From Oribacterium sp. (GTDB taxonomy: Bacteria; Bacillota; Clostridia; Lachnospirales; Lachnospiraceae): 64,000 nt of DNA. Position 1 is the stretch's first letter; the number at the start of each line of letters is the position of its first letter. Below are positions 48,803 to 58,934 of this stretch, in pieces. The DNA is taken from assembly GCA_017627595.1 (NCBI GenBank), contig JAGAGL010000018.1, positions 3,935 through 67,934 of the forward strand, written 5' to 3'. The translations under genes and the position numbers were made by a program. The notes under the pieces were generated by a model. That model did no database searches and was not told the DNA's origin. It saw only the letters and a program-made list of their open reading frames with translations.

Positions 48803-49992
48803 CTACCTCCACTGAATATCTTCCATATAAAAGGAGTTTTCCTCCTGAGCATTTTTTTCATCATGTAAGCGGCTGAAACGCAAATGACCGGTGTTACAAG
48901 ATACATAAGGAGCCTTAAAGCCTGCTCCTCTTTTCTATGGTAACCAACGTTCATGTACTCTAACATATATATACCGATTCTGGCAATCGGATAATGTATG
49001 GCATATAAAAAGAAGCTGTTCTTCATGAAATCCTTTGCCGTGGGAAGCCTGAGGGGCAGTATAAACCAGATTCCATAGCAGATAAGGAGTCTACGGATCA
49101 CATTTACCAGCACCTGTCCGCCTGAAGACAGGATAAGGACAAGCCAATGCTTAGGCCACCGGGATATCAGTACCCCCATCATCTTCGATATCCCACCACC
49201 GACATATAAATACTGAAGAATCCCCATTTTATGAAAATCCACCGGTGCTATAACAAACATCTGCATCCCTACTGTGGTGAAAACCTGGGTGAGCCATGAA
49301 GCTGTGATCAAACCCAGTCCGCAGATCTTCTTTCCTGTACTCTGGGTCTCAAAGCTTTCTTTAAACCATCTTGCGGTAAGAGCTCCGAGGAAAAAGTAGT
49401 ACAGGGCATCTTCATTTATCAATGGGAAGTTCACTCCGTTTACTACCAGAAGGGTATATAAAAGCATTGAGCCAAAGGTCAGGATTCTGTTTCTCAACAG
49501 AATATAGAACAGTGGTGCAAGTACCGTCAGCAATATAAGCTGAAAGACATACCAGAACACCGGATTGCAGCTGTATTCAGCCACAGCTCTGTGGAGCCCT
49601 GTCAGACTAAACCTTTCCTTCCCCAGAAGCACATATATTATATAGTAGAAAATATTCCATGCACCGTAGGGTATCACAAGTGACAGGAAGCGTTTTTTCC
49701 ATTTATTTCCTATATCCTTAAGGTCTTTGAGTCCCCTGAAAAACAGATAGCCGGAAACCAGGAAAAATCCCGGTACTGCTGCCTGTCCGACAGCATTGGA
49801 CAAAAAATTCTCAACATGAGCCGGGATTCCCGTCAGGCCCGAAAGATCAATGTTGTTATAATCTGCCGACTGGATCATGGTGAGGAGTATAGTGTTATCG
49901 TCAGCAAAATTCACCGAATGGATAAGCACTACAAGGATACCCATTATGAATGTATATATGTAAACTTTATTAGAAAAGTAGGTTTTTTCCAA
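48799..49992 (-). CDS. Acyltransferase-3 family membrane protein
   Basis: LVVLIHS, AVPGFFLVSGYL, KRFLSLVIPY, FWYV, LYAIH. Confidence 0.85.
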   Translation of the reverse strand: MEKTYFSNKVYIYTFIMGILVVLIHSVNFADDNTILLTMIQSADYNNIDLSGLTGIPAHVENFLSNAVGQAAVPGFFLVSGYLFFRGLKDLKDIGNKWKKRFLSLVIPYGAWNIFYYIIYVLLGKERFSLTGLHRAVAEYSCNPVFWYVFQLILLTVLAPLFYILLRNRILTFGSMLLYTLLVVNGVNFPLINEDALYYFFLGALTARWFKESFETQSTGKKICGLGLITASWLTQVFTTVGMQMFVIAPVDFHKMGILQYLYVGGGISKMMGVLISRWPKHWLVLILSSGGQVLVNVIRRLLICYGIWFILPLRLPTAKDFMKNSFFLYAIHYPIARIGIYMLEYMNVGYHRKEEQALRLLMYLVTPVICVSAAYMMKKMLRRKTPFIWKIFSGGR

Positions 49993-50243
49993 GGTTTCTC
50001 CTCTATTAACGTGCTTTTGGGAGCTTTAATATCTGCCATACAGATGCAGAACCAATCGGCTCCTTGTTATGGAAAGTATCACAGTGAATTGTTACGGACC
50101 ATTCAAATCCGCCGGGCTCCCTGGATCAAAGATCGTTGATAGTACCAAAAAGGGCCGCCCGGGAATGGGCGACCCTTCATTACTACCGTTAAAGTAAACT
50201 CACGGATCATCTGATGCAGGAAAAATCAACATTAACCATCAGA

Positions 50244-51458
50244 TCAGAGGGGGAGCTCCATCTGCTTATTCACACCTGCACGATGCTCTTTATATGCTGC
50301 AACCTTCTGATTGATTCTTGTTGAAGTGTCAAGAATCGTTGATATGGACATATCATGATTGAGGCTGTCAATGATAAGCGCGATATACTTTGCCATATCT
50401 ACGCTGTGGTACCATGGCTTTGTGAGAAGCTCAGGCTGCTGATAAATAAGGTTTGTAGTATAAACACCGTTTAAAGTGCCGCTTGCATAGGCCTGATCAA
50501 ACTTATTGAAGCCTGAGGTAAAGAGTCCGAAGGTACAGCATGCAAATACACGCTTTGCCTTTCTCTCTTTAAGCTCCTTGGCTGTATCGATCAATGATTC
50601 GCCGGAGGAGATCATATCATCTATGATGAATACGTCCTTGCCTTCAACATTGGTACCAAGGAACTCGTGGGCAACTATCGGATTACGTCCGTTAACTACC
50701 TGCGCGTAATCACGGCGCTTATAGAACATACCCATGTCGATTCCCAGAACGTTGGCATAGTAGATAGCTCTGCTCATTCCGCCTTCATCCGGGGAAATGA
50801 TCATCATATGATCCTTGTCGATATCAAGATCGTCTATACTCTGAAGTATGGACTTTATAAACTGGTAGGAGCAGGAAATATTGTCGAAGCTGTCTCTCGG
50901 GATAGCATTCATTACTCTCGGATCATGTGCATCAAAGGTCAGGAAATTCTCAACTCCCATCTCATGGAGCTCCTGAAGCATGATGGCACAATCAAGGGAC
51001 TCACGTCCGTTACGCTTATGCTGACGTGACTCATACATAAACGGCATGATAACATTGATCCTCTTTGCCTTTCCTGTGGTGGCAGCTATCACTCTCTTGA
51101 GATCTGCATAATGATCGTCCGGTGACATATGATTTACCTGACCAAAAAGACTGTAGGTCTGAGAAAAATTCATGACATCTACCATAAGGTAAAGGTCAAC
51201 ACCTCTGACAGTCTCCAAAACATTGGCTTTTCCCTCACCTGAGCCAAATCTCGAAACCTTTGACTTAACAATGTAACTATCCTTCTGATATCCGCTGAAA
51301 GCAATGGTTTCCTTATGCTCACTCTCACGCTGTCCACGCCATTTTGATAAGTAGCCATCAACAGCCTTTCCAAGTGGCATGATGGAATCAAGCGGCATAA
51401 GTGCAAGCGGACCAACAGGAATACGCTCAATAAACTCTGAAGTTCTGGAATCTGGCAT
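50244..51458 (-). CDS. prs: Ribose-phosphate pyrophosphokinase
   Basis: FGSGE, YESRQH, SPDEGG, IDDMISSGES. Confidence 0.93.
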   Translation of the reverse strand: MPDSRTSEFIERIPVGPLALMPLDSIMPLGKAVDGYLSKWRGQRESEHKETIAFSGYQKDSYIVKSKVSRFGSGEGKANVLETVRGVDLYLMVDVMNFSQTYSLFGQVNHMSPDDHYADLKRVIAATTGKAKRINVIMPFMYESRQHKRNGRESLDCAIMLQELHEMGVENFLTFDAHDPRVMNAIPRDSFDNISCSYQFIKSILQSIDDLDIDKDHMMIISPDEGGMSRAIYYANVLGIDMGMFYKRRDYAQVVNGRNPIVAHEFLGTNVEGKDVFIIDDMISSGESLIDTAKELKERKAKRVFACCTFGLFTSGFNKFDQAYASGTLNGVYTTNLIYQQPELLTKPWYHSVDMAKYIALIIDSLNHDMSISTILDTSTRINQKVAAYKEHRAGVNKQMELPL

Positions 51459-51622
51459 TTCTTTTCTCCTCCTAATGAGAACTGTCCCTTAACAAACCTT
51501 CAAAAACATGCAAACATTGTTCATATTAACACATGTCTTTAATATATGTCGGCAAATTATGGATTTTTATACATAATCTCACACATAAACATTAGATAAA
51601 TTACTTCATGTATCGAAAGCTG

Positions 51623-52591
51623 TCAATACAGTCTTTGGTCATTACCGTACAGCGGGATGATCAAATAGTCGGAAATTATGCGGGAAGATACCCTTTCCGA
51701 GTACGAATCCCTTATGGTATTGAGGCTAAGATTGGTAGAAATGATGACAGATTTACGAAAAACCATGCGATGATTTAGTACATAAAACAGTTTTGAAGAT
51801 GTATAGCTGTTATTTAGTTCTGTACCAAGATCATCTATGACCAGAAGGTCGCAATCGAGGATTGCTTCCTGCATATCCTGCTGCTCCTCATCATCACCCT
51901 TCATAGCTTTGGAAAAGCTGTCGAAAAGATCCGTGCTTGTCAGATATATCACTGAATGGAAGCTGTCCATAAGGGCTTTTGCCACACAGTTTATAAGGAA
52001 GGTCTTTCCGGTTCCGGTATTTCCCGTAAACATCAGGTTTCCATGGTTTTTATCGAAATCCTCCACCCACTGAAGAAGAAGCTTTCTGTTCTCGGCCATA
52101 TATTCCCGGTTGGTTTTTCCGTCAGCAAGGATAGGAACTCTGTCGTCATATCTGTTAAGATCGAAATAGTCAAAATTCTGGGTTTTTACTATCTGATCTA
52201 TATTGGACTGCTGATAGAGATATTTCATCTGCATCTCTATAAAACAGTGACACTTCTTACCGTTTATGAATCCTGTATCCTTACAGTCAGGACAAAAATA
52301 CTGCATTTCCAGATAGTCTGCCGGGTAACCATTCTTTACAAGCACTTCCTTTTTACGGTTTGACGCATCGCTTATGAGAGATTTCAAAACAGCGATTTTT
52401 TCTTTCTGACCGTCTCTCATAAGATGGAAGGTCTTTATAGACTCCGAACGTACAAAATCTTCCAGAGTCTTAAGCTCCGGAAGTTTTTCGTACGCTGTCT
52501 TTCGGCGGTATTCAAGCTTTCTGTTGTTTTCCATCCGCCGATCGTCATAAACCCGCATTATTTTGTTGTACTGTGCATTAGTTAGTGACAT
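51623..52591 (-). CDS. DnaC/DnaI-like helicase-loader ATPase
   Basis: CPDCKDTG..CHC Zn motif, GNTGTGKT, IDDLGTE, STNL, RVSSRI. Confidence 0.88.
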   Translation of the reverse strand: MSLTNAQYNKIMRVYDDRRMENNRKLEYRRKTAYEKLPELKTLEDFVRSESIKTFHLMRDGQKEKIAVLKSLISDASNRKKEVLVKNGYPADYLEMQYFCPDCKDTGFINGKKCHCFIEMQMKYLYQQSNIDQIVKTQNFDYFDLNRYDDRVPILADGKTNREYMAENRKLLLQWVEDFDKNHGNLMFTGNTGTGKTFLINCVAKALMDSFHSVIYLTSTDLFDSFSKAMKGDDEEQQDMQEAILDCDLLVIDDLGTELNNSYTSSKLFYVLNHRMVFRKSVIISTNLSLNTIRDSYSERVSSRIISDYLIIPLYGNDQRLY

Positions 52592-53390
52592 TCTTCATCC
52601 TGTTTAGTGTTCTTAAGTTTACTATGCTATCGTAATCAATCTCTCGCTGCTCAAGATTGATAAATTTGTTTGATTTTCCGGAAGCTTTTGATGCAGATCC
52701 GGATACCTTTTTCTTGTTCTTACCGTCCTCTATGGATTTTACAAGTTCTGTTGCCTGTGTGACCGTAACAACACCCTGCTCATGCCAGTTTATGGCAACT
52801 GCCTGCATATACTGATATGTGGTCTTTTTTGCACTTGCACAATACTCTATAAGAAATTCTATAACATCTGAAGACATCTTCAGCTCTTTGTACATAAACT
52901 TCAGAGCTCCAACCTGGCGAACGCTCGGCAGTGTAGGAAGCATCTGTCTCGCAAAATATAAGATGCTGTTGAACTCTTCATCAGTCTCTACATCATCAAC
53001 CGTGCCCTGAAGAGTCTCCATCTTTTCTTCAGCTTCCAAAAAATCTTCCTCGGTTATGGCAGCCTTTTTCGCTTTCTTTCTTCTGACAACTTTATGCTCT
53101 GCCTCGTCCTCCCGTTCCTGATCCTGAAGTGATCCTGAAGAACTTTCAAATACGCCCTGCTTTTCCCAATATCTCAACGCACGCTCAATATCCTTATCGG
53201 TGAGATTCAGAGCATCTGCAGCCTGCTCCTTTGAGAACTGCTCTCCTCTGTGTCTAAGCATGAACAAATAAACTTTTATGTAATCTCCGTTTGCAGTTCC
53301 AAGATACTTATCCAGAAAATCATCCGATATGCATGTTACATGAACTGCAAGATTATCTACTATACTCGTGCCCATCTCATTAACCCCCAA
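52578..53390 (-). CDS. DnaD domain protein
   Basis: FLDKYL..ANGDYIKVYL, ALRYWEKQG, YMQAVAINWHEQG. Confidence 0.85.
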   Translation of the reverse strand: MGVNEMGTSIVDNLAVHVTCISDDFLDKYLGTANGDYIKVYLFMLRHRGEQFSKEQAADALNLTDKDIERALRYWEKQGVFESSSGSLQDQEREDEAEHKVVRRKKAKKAAITEEDFLEAEEKMETLQGTVDDVETDEEFNSILYFARQMLPTLPSVRQVGALKFMYKELKMSSDVIEFLIEYCASAKKTTYQYMQAVAINWHEQGVVTVTQATELVKSIEDGKNKKKVSGSASKASGKSNKFINLEQREIDYDSIVNLRTLNRMKNVTN

Positions 53391-53515
53391 ATGTAAATGA
53401 AGAGTATTATGGATCTGATAATGCAGCCATCTTCCCTACTGCCCGGCTGCGATCTCACGTTTCTCCCCTTCGGTGAACTGATATTAGCATACTAAAATTA
53501 GTGCTTCAATAAGCC

Positions 53516-53739
53516 TAGTCCACAACTTTATCCACCAAAATTGTCCACATTGGTGTGGATAATGTGCACTACTGAATTGTCAAGTATCCACTTATTTTTT
53601 TATTTTGTTTATAACCTCTCTCCAATGTGCAAAATTCGAGGCTTTTCAAATGTCAATCCCCCAAAAAGATGTATTTATTAAATACAATCAGGGTTTATCC
53701 ACAATTTAGCGGTGGATTTCCGTTGATTCGTGTGGAATA
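53516..53739. promoter_or_regulatory. DnaA-box cluster
   Basis: Perfect TGTGGATAA (53554) and TTATCCACA (53695); near-matches at 53516, 53528, 53541, 53584, 53731. Confidence 0.75.
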
Positions 53740-53858
53740 AAAATTATTTTTATTTTCAAAATCGCTTATTTTGACTTCTGAACGGTCATTTTTATATTAA
53801 ATTTTAAGCATTTTTACTATTTTATAATTGATTTTGATGTAATTATAGTTGATATTGA

Positions 53859-53891
53859 AAAAGACCCGTGCCGGTACCGGCACAGGTCTTC
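53859..53891 (-). terminator. murC terminator
   Basis: AAGACCCGTGCCGG-ta-CCGGCACAGGTCTT with a T-run on the minus strand. Confidence 0.8.
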
Positions 53892-53903
53892 ATTATTATA
53901 CTA

Positions 53904-55304
53904 TCACTTTTCTATAACAGCACCGGGCAGCTTCAGGAGGTCTTCTCCAACCTCATAGATATTGCCGGCACCCATGGTTATGAGAACATCTCCCTCCTTA
54001 ACTCTTTCAAGGAGGAATTTCTCGATGTCCTGAAATTCCGGGATGTAATAAACATTGGTGTTCTGCTCAAGCATATGCTTTCTGAGATCATCAGAGCTTA
54101 TACCTATGGTATTCTTCTCTCTTGCCGCGTATATGTCAGCAAGTACTATCTCGTCCGCCTGGCTGAGAGCTCCGGCAAAATCATCAAGTAATGCCGCAGT
54201 TCTGCTGTAGGTGTGAGGCTGGAAGGCGATCCAGAGTTTTCTGTGAGGATATTTCTTGGCTGCCTCTATGGTTGCCGCTATCTCCTGAGGATGATGAGCA
54301 TAGTCATCGATTATTGTGAAACCGTTGACTGTTCCCTTTTTCTGGAAGCGGCGGTCTGTACCTGTGAAGCGCTTAAGACCTCTTAAGATCGCATCCATTT
54401 CGATACCAAGCTCCCGGCATACCGCAATGGCTGCCATTGAGTTATAGATATTGTGCTCTCCTGTAACTCCAAGCTCAACCTTTGCAATCTCTTCTCCCTT
54501 ATAGAATAAGGTATAAGTAGGATGAGCAAGCTTGTCATAGCTTATGAAGTTGGCTGTATAGTCGGAGTCTTTGTCATGTCCGTAGGTGATGCATTTACAC
54601 TTGAGTCCCTCGGTAAAATAATCAAAATGCTTAATGTCAGAGTTTATAACCAAAAGTCCGTCCTCAGGAAGCTTTTCGGCAAAGAGCCTGAAGCTGTGTC
54701 TGATGTCATCTATGTCCTTGAAGAAGTCGAGGTGGTCTGCTTCAACATTGAGAATGATCTCAATAGTCGGGAAGAAGGAAAGGAAGGAGTTTGTATACTC
54801 ACAGGCCTCCACAACGAAGGTATCCTGTCCTCCGACTCTGATGTTGCCGCCTATATCCTTGAGGATGCCGCCTACAGTTACGGTAGGATCCACGTCTGCC
54901 TCCAGAAGTATCTCGGTTATCATGGAAGTTGTTGTGGTCTTTCCATGAGTTCCGGAGATGTTGATGGCCTGCTTGTAATTACGCATGAGTTCGCCTAGAA
55001 GCTGAGCTCTTGTGAGCATGGGTATGCCTGCCTCTACAGCTGCCGCAAACTCAGGATTATCCGGATGAATGGCAGCTGTATAAACCACAACATCGATATC
55101 CTTTGTTATGTTCTCGGCTTTCTGCGGATAATTGACTACAGCGCCTTCTGATACAAGCTTCTTTGTAAGCTCTGATTCCTTGCTGTCAGATCCGGAAATA
55201 GTAAAATGTCTTGAAAGCAGAATCTCCGCAAGACCGCTCATGGAGATACCGCCTATTCCTATAAAGTGTACATGTACAGGTTTGTCAAATTTTATCTGAT
55301 ACAT
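53904..55304 (-). CDS. murC: UDP-N-acetylmuramate--L-alanine ligase
   Basis: HFIGIGGISMSG, GTHGKTTT, EACEY, DDYAHHP, FQPH. Confidence 0.97.
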   Translation of the reverse strand: MYQIKFDKPVHVHFIGIGGISMSGLAEILLSRHFTISGSDSKESELTKKLVSEGAVVNYPQKAENITKDIDVVVYTAAIHPDNPEFAAAVEAGIPMLTRAQLLGELMRNYKQAINISGTHGKTTTTSMITEILLEADVDPTVTVGGILKDIGGNIRVGGQDTFVVEACEYTNSFLSFFPTIEIILNVEADHLDFFKDIDDIRHSFRLFAEKLPEDGLLVINSDIKHFDYFTEGLKCKCITYGHDKDSDYTANFISYDKLAHPTYTLFYKGEEIAKVELGVTGEHNIYNSMAAIAVCRELGIEMDAILRGLKRFTGTDRRFQKKGTVNGFTIIDDYAHHPQEIAATIEAAKKYPHRKLWIAFQPHTYSRTAALLDDFAGALSQADEIVLADIYAAREKNTIGISSDDLRKHMLEQNTNVYYIPEFQDIEKFLLERVKEGDVLITMGAGNIYEVGEDLLKLPGAVIEK

Positions 55305-55530
55305 TTAAATACCTTCTTATCTAAGGCGTAAGAGGGCAATGCCTTTTACGCTGTCATACGTGTCCGATTTAACTCAGAGATTATATCATCGTGTCAATTA
55401 TAACGCAAGTGAGGCCGTCCGGACCGGTGAGCATCCAATTAATATTGAAAAAAAATCTGTCTTAACGTGAATCGGACGGAGCCGGATGAACTTTTTACAG
55501 CCTTGGAGCCCTACGTTCCGGGTTTAAATA

Positions 55531-58245
55531 TCACTCATTACTTTTCGGTATCTCCAGCCTTGTGCCAATGCGGCTTCCCGGGGCAGAGTCATTGAGATGC
55601 TCTTTCCGCACGGTATTTACCACTCTGTCCACCTCATCCTTAAGGTTCCGGGCGCTGAGGAGCACTGCTCCCGCTCCCCAGGTTATGACCTGAACCACCT
55701 TGTCGGAGGTTGCAACGGTAACCGAATACTGCTTCTTAAGCTCATGAGTCTCTTCTTCAATATATTCGTCGGCGGTCATGGCTTCTCTTGTGAATACCAC
55801 ATAGATATTGTGATACTTTGTCTGTTCCACCTGATGCCCCTGCACCCGGTAAGCATCGAAAACAACTATTACTTCCTTTCCGGTGTAGCCGGCATAGTTT
55901 GACAGTATATCCTGAAGCTTGCCTCTCGCGGCGTCAAGATTTGACCGGGCGAGTTCATTAAGCTCATCCCAGGCAAATATGATGTTGTAGCCGTCCACCA
56001 GAAGATATTCCTTTTTCTTTTCCGGAGCCTTCAGGTCTCTACGGTTTGCTGCCTTGTTTTCTTCCTTCTCTTTGGCTCTTATGGTGCGGGCGCTGGAGAT
56101 ATTAACCTCCTTCGCACGGTTCTTGATGGGTCCGAAGGTCCTTACGAATATATCCTCAAGCTCCTGATCCCCGATGTAGTGTCCGCCGGTTTTATATTTT
56201 TTGTCGTCCGACTTTGCTTCGGCACTTCTCTGAAGCTTCGCAACATCCGCTTCGAAATCTCTCTTCTCAACTTCACCATCAAGCTTCAAAGGTGACTCCA
56301 CATGCATGTAGCTTTCCACCTGGTCGAAGGGCACTATGAAACCGGAGCCGTGGGCGCAGAACACAGATGAGCTTGGATTCAGAATGTCTTCCTCCGGGTT
56401 ATAGCCGCTCTTCTGTATAACCTCTTCCGCATTATGGCATCTGTCATAGCCGCTGAAGCGAAGGAAAAGATGGCCTCTTCCTTTGGTATAGACCATAACC
56501 TCTTTGTGATAATCCCTCATGGCCGAAACCGGAGCAGTGCCAGTGATGGTTGAAGTATCACCGTTTATCTCCGGGGGATCAAAATGTCCGTTCATATTGG
56601 AAAGATCCGTCATGGCTCTGCCCACATATTCCTGGGGAAGCTCCAGAGTAAAGGCATAGTAGGGTTCCAGAAGGACATTGACCGCCTTCATAAGCCCCTG
56701 CCTTACTGCTCTGTAGGTAGCCTCTCTGAAATCTCCGCCCTCGGTGTGCTTAAGATGAGCCTTTCCGGCAACCAGCGTAAATCTAATGTCTGTTACCGGA
56801 CTTCCCGTGAGCACTCCCGCATGTTCTTTTTCCCGGAGATGGGTCAGCACAAGTCTCTGCCAGTTGATGGCCAGGTCATCTGTTTTGCAGTCAGACCTGA
56901 ACTTGAGACCGCTTCCCCTTGGGAGAGGCTCCATCAGTATGTGAGCTTCGGCATAATGTCTCAACGGCTCAAAGTGTCCGACTCCCTCCACCGCATCGTC
57001 TATTGTTTCAAGATAAAGTATCCTGCTTTCTCCAAACAGGAGCTCAACTCCCAGGCGCTCCTTCACAACTTTTTTAATGATCTCTATCTGCACCTCTCCC
57101 ATGAGATGAACGTGTATTTCCTTGAGATTCTTGTCCCAGCTGATATGAAGCTCGGGAAATTCGTCTGCCAGTGTGTCAAGCTTTCTGTATAATTCAAGGT
57201 CATCCACATCAGTGGATTCCACCTTATAGTCCAGCACCGGCTTTAGTGATGGATCCTTTCCCTTGGGTTCGCATCCCACAGAGTCCCCGGTCTTAAGCCC
57301 CGAGATTCCGAGAAGTGTGCATACCATGCCTGCCTCCGCGGTGTCTGCATTAACATACTTCTCCCCGCTGTAGATACGGATCTCCGAAACCTTTTCTCCG
57401 GGCAGGAGCTCGTCTCTTACTTTTATTTCTCCTCCGGTTATCTTTATATAGGTAAGTCGTCTGTCGGAATCATCCTTTGCGATCTTGAAAACCTTGCCTC
57501 CGAAGACGCTTGGGTACATTGGAATCTCCGTAAAGGTATGGATGCCTTCGAGAAATTCCTTCACTCCGAAATTCTTAAGGGCGGAACCGAAATATACCGG
57601 GAAAAGCTTTCTGTCCCAGATCAGGTTCCTTACATCCTTTGGATCCAGCTCACTCTTTTCCAGATACTTTTCCATGATCCGGTCATCGCACATGGCAATG
57701 TTTTCCTTCAGCTCCTCCGACATGGAATACTTTCCGGCCTCCGTGAAATCCACTGCGGCCGCTCCGAAATGCTTTTTCAGATCCTCAAGAAGCTTATCCT
57801 TGTCGGTTCCCGGCTGATCCATTTTGTTTACAAAGATAAAGACCGGAACGCCGTATCTTTGAAGAAGCTTCCACAAGGTCTCTGTATGTCCCTGAACTCC
57901 GTCGGCACCATTAACTACAAGAATGGCATAGTCAAGGACAGAAAGAGTCTTCTCCATTTCCGCCGAAAAATCCACATGGCCCGGAGTATCCAGAAGGGAT
58001 ACCGATATATCCTTAAGGTCGAAGGTTGCCATCTTTGAAAAGATGGTGATGCCCCTTTCCTTTTCCATATCGTCGGTATCCAGATAAGCATTGCCGTTAT
58101 CAACCCGGCCAAGGGCTCTGATCTTTCCGCACTCGTAAAGGATACTTTCGGACAATGTCGTCTTTCCGGCATCTACATGCGCCAAAATTCCTATTACCAG
58201 ATGTTTTTTTTGCTGTTTTTCCAAAAGCTGACCCTCCGTCGTCAC
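55531..58245 (-). CDS. TetM/EF-G-like translational GTPase fused to a C-terminal NYN (YacP-like) domain
   Basis: AHVDAGKTT, ERGITI, DTPGH, NKMD; C-terminal LLVDGYNII, VVFDA, TADEYIE, VATSD. Confidence 0.88.
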   Translation of the reverse strand: MTTEGQLLEKQQKKHLVIGILAHVDAGKTTLSESILYECGKIRALGRVDNGNAYLDTDDMEKERGITIFSKMATFDLKDISVSLLDTPGHVDFSAEMEKTLSVLDYAILVVNGADGVQGHTETLWKLLQRYGVPVFIFVNKMDQPGTDKDKLLEDLKKHFGAAAVDFTEAGKYSMSEELKENIAMCDDRIMEKYLEKSELDPKDVRNLIWDRKLFPVYFGSALKNFGVKEFLEGIHTFTEIPMYPSVFGGKVFKIAKDDSDRRLTYIKITGGEIKVRDELLPGEKVSEIRIYSGEKYVNADTAEAGMVCTLLGISGLKTGDSVGCEPKGKDPSLKPVLDYKVESTDVDDLELYRKLDTLADEFPELHISWDKNLKEIHVHLMGEVQIEIIKKVVKERLGVELLFGESRILYLETIDDAVEGVGHFEPLRHYAEAHILMEPLPRGSGLKFRSDCKTDDLAINWQRLVLTHLREKEHAGVLTGSPVTDIRFTLVAGKAHLKHTEGGDFREATYRAVRQGLMKAVNVLLEPYYAFTLELPQEYVGRAMTDLSNMNGHFDPPEINGDTSTITGTAPVSAMRDYHKEVMVYTKGRGHLFLRFSGYDRCHNAEEVIQKSGYNPEEDILNPSSSVFCAHGSGFIVPFDQVESYMHVESPLKLDGEVEKRDFEADVAKLQRSAEAKSDDKKYKTGGHYIGDQELEDIFVRTFGPIKNRAKEVNISSARTIRAKEKEENKAANRRDLKAPEKKKEYLLVDGYNIIFAWDELNELARSNLDAARGKLQDILSNYAGYTGKEVIVVFDAYRVQGHQVEQTKYHNIYVVFTREAMTADEYIEEETHELKKQYSVTVATSDKVVQVITWGAGAVLLSARNLKDEVDRVVNTVRKEHLNDSAPGSRIGTRLEIPKSNE

Positions 58246-58255
58246 CTGAACTTCG

Positions 58256-58765
58256 TTATATGTTCTTTTCGTTCTGTTCTGTCCAGTTCTTTATCTCCCG
58301 GACTATCTCCGCAGGGGTCTTGCCCTTCTCATCAATGATGACATCTGCATACTTTTCATAAAGCGGTGCCCTCTCATCGAATAAATCCCTGAGGGTGAAT
58401 CCCTCCGGCATGGCAACTCCGCGGTCCGTAACATCTCCGATCCTCTGCTCCATATCTTCACAGGAAATCTTGAGATACACTATCTTACTTATTTCCTTAA
58501 GATGCTTCATGGCTTCCTCTTCATAGCAGATAGAGCCCCCCGGTGCGATAATGGTGTTTTGTACATCTATGGAGGATGCGATATCACCTTCCACCTTCAG
58601 AAATCCGTCCTGACCGGCTTCCGCAATAATGTCTTTCAATTTCTTTCCGGTTTTTTCCTGGATCATAATGTCTACGTCCAGAAATCCCATGGCTGCCAGC
58701 TTTGCAAGCATGACTCCTATGGTTGATTTGCCACAGGAGGGCATTCCGATCATGGTAATATTCAT
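58256..58765 (-). CDS. aroK: Shikimate kinase
   Basis: GMPSCGKSTIG, DVD, GG, ERAPLY. Confidence 0.85.
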   Translation of the reverse strand: MNITMIGMPSCGKSTIGVMLAKLAAMGFLDVDIMIQEKTGKKLKDIIAEAGQDGFLKVEGDIASSIDVQNTIIAPGGSICYEEEAMKHLKEISKIVYLKISCEDMEQRIGDVTDRGVAMPEGFTLRDLFDERAPLYEKYADVIIDEKGKTPAEIVREIKNWTEQNEKNI

Positions 58766-58793
58766 TGCTATATTCTCCTCTTTTTGAGAATTT

Positions 58794-58890
58794 TAAAGTT
58801 CAGCGGTGGACCATTGGGACGGAGTTAGTGGTTCATTTTTTGCCAAAATGAACCACTAACTCCGTCCCAATGGTCCATCGCTGAACTTTA
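58794..58890. repeat. Long near-perfect palindrome (REP/MITE-like)
   Basis: 46-bp arms with one mismatch, 5-nt loop, containing GGGACGG/CCGTCCC. Confidence 0.9.
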
Positions 58891-58934
58891 CTGAAAAACC
58901 CTGCGCTCAGGGCACAGGGTCATAATTCATTAGA

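Noticed and set aside
53516-53850. oriC
   Set aside because: No adjacent dnaA/dnaN and no gene strand switch
55531-58245. tetM/tetW resistance gene
   Set aside because: Core-genome context, 904 aa with an extra NYN domain; a divergent paralogue
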